Of a stretch of DNA of 17,284 nt, positions 1 to 6,614 are shown one piece after another (within the stretch, counting starts at the first letter, position 1; each line of letters opens with the position of its first letter). The position numbers and the translations under genes were made by a program. Location: assembly GCA_041694835.1 (NCBI GenBank), contig JBGFRZ010000044.1, forward strand, positions 1-17,284, read 5' to 3'. The notes beneath the pieces are model-generated. The model had not been told where the DNA came from, ran no database searches, and saw only the letters and a program-made list of their open reading frames with translations. Source of the stretch: Ignavibacteria bacterium (GTDB taxonomy: Bacteria > Elusimicrobiota > Endomicrobiia > PHAN01).

Positions 1-46
1 GAAATTTCTTTCAGATTTAATCATAGAGACGAAGACCTTTTTCCGA

Positions 47-445
47 CTATACTGAAGATGTTACAGCACACTCATTTTGATGAAAAATTAGTCCGAATTG
101 TTTAGCCATTACCAAATTTTTTAAGATTTTTATGATTTCTGGAATTGAATCAATCGCTTCTTCTGTTTTTATCGTTAGATAATTTACCCCGTTAGAGACG
201 CAACCGACATCCCGCTGTGTGGGATTATCTCTAACGAGGTTAAAAAATTTTTCCGCAAGTTTTGCATATCTAATGTCAGAACTATAATTTTCTAAACTTA
301 TATTTATTCCGATGATGTTAGGAGAAAGTATTGCCAAAATGCTCGTATCCAATCCGCCGGAGAAAAGCAATTCATTACTATGATTTCGTTTAATTGAATC
401 GAACAATCTATTTTTCAGTTGGTTTAACAGTTTATTGTTAGTCAT
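47..445 (-). pseudogene. Truncated asparagine-synthase C-terminal-domain-like (PP-loop) protein, probable fragment
   Basis: LLFSGGLDTSIL PP-loop motif and EEAIDSIPEIIKIL helix typical of stand-alone Asn synthase domains. Only 132 aa; similarity seems to stop after KILK and the other two frames hit stops almost at once. Contains a palindromic insertion at 183-243. Confidence 0.6.
183..243. repeat. Palindromic repeat inside a CDS (TTTACCCCGTTAGAGA...TCTCTAACGAGGTTAA)
   Basis: Arms 183-198 and 228-243 match at 14/16; nested inner hairpin ATCCCGC-TGT-GTGGGAT at 209-225. Confidence 0.8.
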
Positions 446-456
446 AAAAATATATT

Positions 457-1002
457 TTAATATTCAATTCCTTTTTTGGCACTTATGCCATTTTGAAACG
501 GGTGTTTGATTTCTCTGAACTCCGTTATAAGGGTGGCGATTTTTAACAAGGATTTTGGAGCGCCTCTACCAGTTATTATGATGTCGGATTTTCCCGCTTT
601 TGTACGGATTATATCGATTAATTTTTCTGATTTCATAAATTTATCTCTGAGGGCAATGTTAAATTCGTCAAGAACGATTAGAGCATATTTTTTTTCTTTG
701 AGAACTTTTTCCAAACAATCAAGCGACTTTGCACACTGCTTTTTGACAGATTCTAAGGCGAACAAATGTTCGCCCCGAACAAATGTTCGCTCTGTGCTTT
801 TCGCACAGAGCGGATGGTATGGCGCAAAAGAAAAAAAATCCAAGTCTTTTAGTTTTTTTAAAATTTTTTGTTCACCGTAATATTCTTTTCCTTTAAAGAG
901 TTGGATGAGACAGGCCCTCTTTTTATGTCCCAGAGCTCTTATTATCTGACCCACCGCCGCGGTCGTTTTTCCTTTTCCATTGCCCGTATAAACGAAAATC
1001 AT
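457..1002 (-). CDS. cobO: Cob(I)alamin / cob(I)yrinic acid a,c-diamide adenosyltransferase (CobO/BtuR/CobA family)
   Basis: VYTGNGKGKTTAA P-loop, IQxFKG, LIVLDE, IITGRGAP, KHPF..G..A.KGIEY C-terminus. Confidence 0.93.
   Translation of the reverse strand: MIFVYTGNGKGKTTAAVGQIIRALGHKKRACLIQLFKGKEYYGEQKILKKLKDLDFFSFAPYHPLCAKSTERTFVRGEHLFALESVKKQCAKSLDCLEKVLKEKKYALIVLDEFNIALRDKFMKSEKLIDIIRTKAGKSDIIITGRGAPKSLLKIATLITEFREIKHPFQNGISAKKGIEY
757..790. repeat. Tandem pair of short palindromes (CGAACAAATGTTCGC x2) inside cobO
   Basis: Identical 15-mers at 759-773 and 776-790; GGCGAACA-AA-TGTTCGCC is a perfect hairpin. Confidence 0.8.
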
Positions 1003-1024
1003 GATTTTATCCCGTTATAAAAAT

Positions 1025-1047
1025 GCATCGTGAGACAATGCGGCTAC
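1025..1047 (-). repeat. GTAG-type REP-like hairpin
   Basis: Minus strand reads GTAG-CC-GCATTGT-CTC-ACGATGC (7-bp stem with one G-T pair). Confidence 0.5.
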
Positions 1048-1073
1048 AATTTAGGGCCGATAAATCTAGAAGC

Positions 1074-1148
1074 GGTGATTAGTGATTGGTCATTAGTAAA
1101 AAGTGAAAACCTTTTTTCCCTATCTACTATCTATTAACTACTATCTAC
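1074..1148. repeat. Two opposed heptamer arrays (GGTGATT-like at 1074-1094, TATCTAC-like at 1121-1148)
   Basis: ggtgatt agtgatt ggtcatt and tatctac tatctat taactac tatctac, bracketed by the inverted pair AAGCGGT/ACCGCTT. Confidence 0.7.
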
Positions 1149-1166
1149 CGCTTTTCTTTACCGTTG

Positions 1167-1195
1167 CGGGACAGCGGTCCCGATATCATCGGGAC
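1167..1195. repeat. GTCCCGAT-N3-ATCGGGAC hairpin repeat, with an overlapping CGGGAC-N4-GTCCCG hairpin
   Basis: Perfect 8-bp stem at 1177-1195; a second copy is at 17040-17059. Confidence 0.8.
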
Positions 1196-1222
1196 ACTTC
1201 CTTCGCGCAGCGGTTTTATTAT

Positions 1223-1496
1223 GAGACTGAAAAAGTCAGTATTTAGCAAAGCCGGTGTTATTTAGCCGGTAGGTTTAGCAATTTATGTTTGAAAAATTGC
1301 TGACAGTTTTTTCAATTTCTGAATTTTCTCTCAAACCTTTTGCTTTTTGCTCTTTGAATCGTTTTGTCTTCCTGAATTTTATTTGTTTTCGTCAGAAATA
1401 TTATAGCAATTCCGGAGAGAACATGCAAATGTTTTATCGTCGGATTTACCAACGAGAATTATTTCAAAAAACTAAAGAGGGTTTTTCAACGGTATC
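1223..1496. mobile_element. MITE-like non-autonomous element (274 bp)
   Basis: Imperfect terminal inverted repeats GAGACTGAAAAAGT and GGGTTTTTCAACGGTATC; 1228-1332 matches 17180-17284 with 5 mismatches in 105 bp; no transposase ORF. Confidence 0.72.
1400..1428 (-). promoter_or_regulatory. Sigma70-type promoter inside the MITE, pointing toward cobO
   Basis: Minus strand TTGCAT-N17-TATAAT with a TG extended -10 (ttgcat gttctctccggaattgc tataat). Confidence 0.7.
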
Positions 1497-1537
1497 ATAG
1501 TACCAAATTCTTATATGTCGGGAAGTTTCTTTGAAGT

Positions 1538-2668
1538 TCAAAACACATACTCCGTAAACCCCGCCTCGCAAGGATGACCAAATGAGACGAGCGCTTTCCT
1601 TCTTGAAGGATAAAAAATCGCGGAAACCTGCGTGCTGAAAAATTCTCCGTGGCGGCATATAGTATTTTCAGAGCCAAAGCCATCACCGTGGTCGGTCAAG
1701 ATTCCCTTTAAGTCGTCCAAATTTAACTTATGTTTCGCTTTGATGATATCCATCGCCCGATGGTATCTCTTTTCGTTCGTTTCGTGAATTCTCAACCCCC
1801 TTATGCCTTTGGGCGCTCTGTTGGAGTAACATGCGGCGGACGGGATGTCGTATTTTTTCATTTCGTCAATAATGAAGAAATTTGTATTTACAAGAAAACC
1901 ATTTTCCGGCTTTCTTATCCCTATGTGATCCGGGGTAATCTCGATGGATACGGCGTTGTTGTTTTTGTCGGCGAGCGTAAGTATAGCGGCGTTTGGGTAT
2001 CTGAAATTTCTTATGACGCCTAAAGCGTCCTCCGATGTTTGGCAGTTTTCGAGAATCTCCTGGACGAGAAGCGTCATTGGCAGACGGGATTGTATCTTTT
2101 CGGTCGTGAGCCCGTAGTTGTATGTCACGCAAAGGCCTTTTTCATTTATACCATCGTGAGAACCGGCTATCTGCTTGTAGGTAAGCTCCAAAGAAGATAA
2201 TTTTCCTTTCGGCTGGGAAAATCTAAGCAGGTTATCTATCTTGAACTCCGATATAAAATCGAAGTTCTTAATCGCCACAACTTCGTTCGAATCGATTCTT
2301 TGAGGAAGAAAAACGGCCGAAAAACATCCTGTCATAACGAGGCTAACGTCGTCCGCCATAACCTCGAGAGCCTGTACAACAAGAAGCTCCTCAAGATCCG
2401 TCCCGGAACCGGACGATATGCCCTTCATTCTCTCAAATTGCCTCGGCGTGATTATCTCTATGTTTTTCTGCCACCTTTTGGCGACTTCTTTTCTTAAAAA
2501 ATAGCCGAATAGAAAATCCGGAACAACCCCGGGCTTTACAAGTCTCATCCCTTCAAGGCGCAGGATTCGCCTAAACGTATTCTGGTTGTCGATAGCGAAC
2601 CTTTCCCCCTGCTGGCAACCCATGTCATAATGGTTGCCCAGAACCGCTATAAAATTTTTTTGATTCAT
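1538..2668 (-). CDS. Peptidase C45-family (acyl-CoA:6-APA acyltransferase-like) Ntn hydrolase
   Basis: N-terminal G.HYDMG.QQG, putative autocleavage G-C115 (TGCFSA), KNFDF, DGINEKGL, VNTNFF, RY.RA, ICRHG and G.PC motifs. Confidence 0.8.
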   Translation of the reverse strand: MNQKNFIAVLGNHYDMGCQQGERFAIDNQNTFRRILRLEGMRLVKPGVVPDFLFGYFLRKEVAKRWQKNIEIITPRQFERMKGISSGSGTDLEELLVVQALEVMADDVSLVMTGCFSAVFLPQRIDSNEVVAIKNFDFISEFKIDNLLRFSQPKGKLSSLELTYKQIAGSHDGINEKGLCVTYNYGLTTEKIQSRLPMTLLVQEILENCQTSEDALGVIRNFRYPNAAILTLADKNNNAVSIEITPDHIGIRKPENGFLVNTNFFIIDEMKKYDIPSAACYSNRAPKGIRGLRIHETNEKRYHRAMDIIKAKHKLNLDDLKGILTDHGDGFGSENTICRHGEFFSTQVSAIFYPSRRKALVSFGHPCEAGFTEYVF

Positions 2669-2768
2669 AAAAAGCGGTACTTGGCTGTTAAACTTCCGTT
2701 AAATTACACAAAATCCGGGGCATAAATTTCGATTACTTTATTCATCTCTGCATCTTTCATAAAAATTT

Positions 2769-3470
2769 CTACTCGGGTTTACCCCTCATCATCGGAACGA
2801 ATCTTACAGGGATTATGCTTTTTTTAGCGATTATTCCTTTTTCCTTTTTCGCAACAACGAGTTCCTGAAAGTAGCCTCCGATGGGAGCGACTATAATGCC
2901 TCCTTCTTTTAACTGCTCGACAAGCGGCGGGGGAATCTCTTCCGGGGCGCATGTCAACATTATTTTGTCGTAGGGAGCGTATTCTTCCCAACCGAGAAAA
3001 CCGTCTCCAATTTTAACTTTTACGTTTTTATAGCCAAGTTTTTCAAGAAGCAAGCGCGCATTGTTCCCGAGCTCCGGTATTATCTCTATCGTATATACCG
3101 TCTTGCACAACTCGGCCAGCACGGCGGCCTGATAGCCGGAGCCCGTTCCAATCTCGAGGATTCTGTCGGATTTTTCCGGTTTGATAAGTTCCGTCATAAT
3201 CGCCACTATATACGGTTGGGATATCGTCTGACCACGGCCTATCGGCAGAGGATAATCGCCGTATGCGTGGTGTCTGTAACTTTCGGGAACGAAAAGATGC
3301 CTTTCGACTTTGAGCATGGCCTCTATGACTCTCTTGTCCTTTATCTCCCTTGAAACTATCTGAGTTGAGACCATCTTTTTTCTCAATTCAAGATAGTCGT
3401 TCACCTGCGACGATTCATCGCGACAGGCGGCCATCAGCAGCATAAAAGACAGTAGGAACGATAATTTCAT
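2769..3470 (-). CDS. pcm: Protein-L-isoaspartate(D-aspartate) O-methyltransferase with a lipoprotein-like N-terminus
   Basis: V.RHLFVP, D.PLPIG.GQTISQPYIVA, LEIGTGSGYQAAVL, GDG..GW.E.APYD, VRFVPM. Start placed at ATG 3470 just after the panE stop (the ORF track uses TTG 3482). Confidence 0.95.
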   Translation of the reverse strand: MKLSFLLSFMLLMAACRDESSQVNDYLELRKKMVSTQIVSREIKDKRVIEAMLKVERHLFVPESYRHHAYGDYPLPIGRGQTISQPYIVAIMTELIKPEKSDRILEIGTGSGYQAAVLAELCKTVYTIEIIPELGNNARLLLEKLGYKNVKVKIGDGFLGWEEYAPYDKIMLTCAPEEIPPPLVEQLKEGGIIVAPIGGYFQELVVAKKEKGIIAKKSIIPVRFVPMMRGKPE

Positions 3471-3475
3471 AGATT

Positions 3476-4402
3476 TTAACAATCCTGCGATTTAATAATG
3501 CTATAAAGCGTCTCGTTGACGGGGAGTTTCAGATGGAATTTTCCCGCCTCTTTTACGACTGCACCACTTATCGATTCCACCTCGGTTTTCCTTCCTTTAG
3601 CCAGATCCTGAAGCATCGAGTTTTTGTTTTCGGATGTTCGCTTGCATACATCTATAACCATTTTGAAAGGATTTTTATAGAAGAGTTTCGTTTTTCTCAA
3701 GCGGCATAAGTGAAAAACCTCTTCGGCCGCTTTAAGCATTATTCCGCGAGCAGCTTTATTTTTCAATATCTCGCCGTTTTTCAGGTTGAAAATCGCTCCG
3801 ACGGGATTTATCGACGAGTTCACGAGCAGTTTCGACCATAGTACGCTATCTACATCTTTTACCAAACGTGTTTCTATCCCGGATTTTTCTAACACTTCTT
3901 TTATTTTTTCTGCTCGCCCTACTTCATCCGCAATAATGGTCTCTCCCTCGCCAGTGTGTTTTATCCTGCCGTATCCAATGAGAGTTGAGGCATGAGAAGT
4001 AGTTCCGACAAATAAATCAGTGATTGAGCGATTAAGCGATTTGGCGATTGAGTGTTTTTTTATGATTTCCATATTGTTTAGTCCATTTTGGAGAGTCAGA
4101 ATACTTGTATTTTTAGATATCAAAGGAGCGACATTTTTTGCGGCGGAGGCGGTGTCATATGATTTGACAAGAAAGATAATAATATCGGCGTAAGAAAGTC
4201 CCCTGACGTTCGTCTTTATTTTTATTTTTCCGCGGGGGATCGCCAATTTTGTTTTGCCCGATATTTTTATGCCTTTTTTCCTAATGCTATCGACGGCTTC
4301 CCTGTTTTTTTCCAATAGAAAAATCTCATTTTCCGAACTTCGGGCAAGATACCCGGCGAAAAGACATCCCATCGCCCCTGCACCGACTATAACGATTCTC
4401 AT
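3476..4402 (-). CDS. panE: 2-dehydropantoate 2-reductase (ketopantoate reductase)
   Basis: GAGAMG Rossmann motif, VKSYDT, LQNGL, WSKLLVN..INP, SMLQD..GR.TE; ATGA overlap with the etfA stop. Confidence 0.92.
   Translation of the reverse strand: MRIVIVGAGAMGCLFAGYLARSSENEIFLLEKNREAVDSIRKKGIKISGKTKLAIPRGKIKIKTNVRGLSYADIIIFLVKSYDTASAAKNVAPLISKNTSILTLQNGLNNMEIIKKHSIAKSLNRSITDLFVGTTSHASTLIGYGRIKHTGEGETIIADEVGRAEKIKEVLEKSGIETRLVKDVDSVLWSKLLVNSSINPVGAIFNLKNGEILKNKAARGIMLKAAEEVFHLCRLRKTKLFYKNPFKMVIDVCKRTSENKNSMLQDLAKGRKTEVESISGAVVKEAGKFHLKLPVNETLYSIIKSQDC
4020..4051. repeat. Tandem octamer repeat (4 x GYGATTDR) inside panE
   Basis: gtgattga gcgattaa gcgatttg gcgattga; translates as SIAKSLNRSIT. Confidence 0.7.
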
Positions 4403-5640
4403 CGTTCTTTAAGAGATTTTACTATATGGGGTATGATTTCATAGAGGTCGCCTTCAATGGCGAATGTGGCGAGTTTCATCATCGGACAGGCGGCATCCTT
4501 ATTTATCGCTACTATTATATCCGACGAGCCCATTCCGACAAGATGCTGTATCTGTCCCGAAATGCCGCAGGCGAAATAGAGTTTGGGACTGACTGTTCGT
4601 CCAGTTTGACCAACCTGATGCGAATAAGGTATCCAGCCGGCATCAACCGCCGCCCGGGATGCTCCAACCGCCCCACCGAGAGCTTCTGCTAATTCTTCTA
4701 TCAACTTAAACCCTTCCGGTTTTCCAAGACCTCTTCCACCCGAACAAATAATATCGGCGTCTGCGAGATTTACCTTAGCAGATATGTCCTTTATGAATTT
4801 TAGGAACTTCGTTCTTATAACAAGTGACGAATGCTCCACATTTTTTTTAATCACTTCGCCTTTTCTGGCGTCGTCTTTTTTTGCATGCTTGAAGACCTTG
4901 TGCCTAACCGTTGCCATCTGTGGCCTATGCTTCGGGGTTAGTATCGTTGCCATGATGTTTCCGCCGAAAGCGGGTCTTGTCTGAAGGAGATTTCTTGTGT
5001 TAATATCAACATCGAGCGATGTGCAGTCGGCCGTGAGCCCGGTTTCTATTTTTGCCGCCACACGGGAAGCGAAAGACCTGCCTATGTTTGTGGCTCCCAT
5101 GAGAACTATCTCGGGCTTTTCCGCGGCTATAAGTTTCGCGAGAAGCTCGCTGTAAGAGTCGTCCTCAAACTCGCAAAGTATCGGATCATCAAACACATAA
5201 ACCCTGTCTGCCCCATGATGGATCAAATCCTCCGCTTTATTTGAAATTTTATCCCCAAGAAGAACAGCCGAGAGTTTAACTTTAAGTTTTTCGGCAAGAC
5301 GGCGGCTTTCATTGAGAAGCTCATATACCACCGGCGATATTTCGCCATGCCTCTGCTCGGCATAAATCCATACGCCTTTGTAATGGGTGGTGTCCATATC
5401 AAGATGCACCGCCGATTCTTCTCTTTTAAGTTCGATCGCTCCGAATTTTTTGCACGCCTGAACGCACGCCCCACAAAACGTGCATTTCTGCAGGTCTATT
5501 TGAGCGAGTTTTTTTACCTTTTTTCCATCGGACAAGAGATGTTCGGAATCAAGCATCGCGATGGCGCCGAATATACACTCCTTGAAACAAAGAGTGCAGC
5601 CGGTGCATTTTTCGGTTATTATTTTGATTTCATTAGACAT
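4399..5640 (-). CDS. etfA: Electron transfer flavoprotein alpha subunit with an N-terminal 2x[4Fe-4S] ferredoxin domain
   Basis: CTGCTLCFKEC and CTFCGACVQAC, then GLTADCT, TRPAFGGNIMA, GGRG, GASRAAVDAGW, QVGQTG, GISGQIQH, AINKD. Confidence 0.95.
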   Translation of the reverse strand: MSNEIKIITEKCTGCTLCFKECIFGAIAMLDSEHLLSDGKKVKKLAQIDLQKCTFCGACVQACKKFGAIELKREESAVHLDMDTTHYKGVWIYAEQRHGEISPVVYELLNESRRLAEKLKVKLSAVLLGDKISNKAEDLIHHGADRVYVFDDPILCEFEDDSYSELLAKLIAAEKPEIVLMGATNIGRSFASRVAAKIETGLTADCTSLDVDINTRNLLQTRPAFGGNIMATILTPKHRPQMATVRHKVFKHAKKDDARKGEVIKKNVEHSSLVIRTKFLKFIKDISAKVNLADADIICSGGRGLGKPEGFKLIEELAEALGGAVGASRAAVDAGWIPYSHQVGQTGRTVSPKLYFACGISGQIQHLVGMGSSDIIVAINKDAACPMMKLATFAIEGDLYEIIPHIVKSLKER

Positions 5641-5694
5641 ATTAAAGAGAGACTATAAAATAGGGAATTGAATAAAAATTTTCATTCCCCCCCG

Positions 5695-5729
5695 CCTCTA
5701 TCCTCTATGCTCTATTCTCCATTTTCTCT
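5695..5729. repeat. Heptamer array (CCTCTAT-like x5) abutting the etfB stop codon
   Basis: cctctat cctctat gctctat tctccat tttctct. Confidence 0.7.
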
Positions 5730-6514
5730 TATATTACCTTTAAATCCTTGAGTTTTGAGACGAGCGTCTTTGACATCTCGGAGACGTGGCCCGTTAGTTT
5801 TTCTCCGCCGGGCCGTGGAGGAGGAGAAAAAATTTTCATAACTTGCGTAGGTGATCCGGTAAGCCCGATTTTATTTTTGTCGGCGCCGAGCTCTTTCGCT
5901 CCCCATTGAGGTATCTGTGCCTTTTTCGACGACAGCATGCCTTTTAATGAAGGGAGGCGGGGGGTGTTTATCTCTTTCACAACGGTAATAAGGGCGGGCA
6001 GAGGCACTTCTATCACATCGTATCCGTCTTCCATCATCCTTTCTGCGACCATTAAATTATTCTCTATGGATTCTATCTTTTTGACATAAGCGATATGCGG
6101 GATGTCGAGTTTCTCAGCCACACCTGGACCGACCTGAGCGGTGTCTCCGTCGGTGGCCTGTTTTCCGCAGATAATAATATCGTATTTTCCCGCGGCATGA
6201 ATCGCTTTGGCTAACGTGTAGGATGTAGCGAGTGTGTCCGCTCCCGCGAAAGAGCGGTCGCTTACAAGTATGGCGTTGTCGGCGCCGCGTGAAATAGCCG
6301 ACCTTAGCGCGCTGTCTGCCTGTGGCGGGCCCATCGTTATGACGGTGACTTTTCCTCCAAATCTTTCTTTTAGACGCACCCCCTCTTCAATAGCGTATTC
6401 ATCGAAAGGATTGACTATCGACTCAACCCCCTCTCTTTTAAGCGTGCCGGTTTTTTCATCAATTTGGACATTTGTTGTGTTCGGCACCTGTTTAATGCAA
6501 ACAATTATGTTCAT
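5729..6514 (-). CDS. etfB: Electron transfer flavoprotein beta subunit
   Basis: VCIKQVP, NPFDEYAIE, MGPPQA, FAGADTLAT, GKQATDGDTAQVGP, PRLPS, GL.GSPT.V. Confidence 0.96.
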   Translation of the reverse strand: MNIIVCIKQVPNTTNVQIDEKTGTLKREGVESIVNPFDEYAIEEGVRLKERFGGKVTVITMGPPQADSALRSAISRGADNAILVSDRSFAGADTLATSYTLAKAIHAAGKYDIIICGKQATDGDTAQVGPGVAEKLDIPHIAYVKKIESIENNLMVAERMMEDGYDVIEVPLPALITVVKEINTPRLPSLKGMLSSKKAQIPQWGAKELGADKNKIGLTGSPTQVMKIFSPPPRPGGEKLTGHVSEMSKTLVSKLKDLKVI

Positions 6515-6520
6515 AAGTCA

Positions 6521-6609
6521 GTAGATAGTATGTGGTATGTAGTATGTAGGGGATTAAGGAATGGCGATGGATTTCACTTTCTTTCCCTACTTACTACCTA
6601 CTACATACT
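6521..6609. repeat. Inverted heptamer arrays forming a long hairpin between the acyl-CoA dehydrogenase gene and etfB
   Basis: 6527-6551 AGTATGTGGTATGTAGTATGTAGGG versus reverse complement of 6585-6609 AGTATGTAGTAGGTAGTAAGTAGGG (22/25 identical). Confidence 0.85.
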
Positions 6610-6614
6610 TTTTT

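Noticed and set aside
1003..1222. Cobalamin riboswitch upstream of cobO
   Set aside because: No recognisable B12-box or conserved core; the region is accounted for by repeat modules. An Infernal/Rfam scan would settle it.
1285..1500. 71-aa plus-strand ORF as a small protein or transposase remnant
   Set aside because: Lies almost entirely within the MITE, is Phe-rich from T-runs, and has no RBS or recognisable motif.
2704..2760. 18-aa minus-strand mini-ORF (MKDAEMNKVIEIYAPDFV) between pcm and the C45 gene
   Set aside because: Too short, no clear RBS or motif; cannot be told from chance.
5529..5545. Possible REP vestige (CGGACA-N5-TGTTCG) in the EtfA ferredoxin inter-cluster loop
   Set aside because: Only a 6-bp stem with a G-T pair; it shares just 7 nt with the cobO insert and could be chance.
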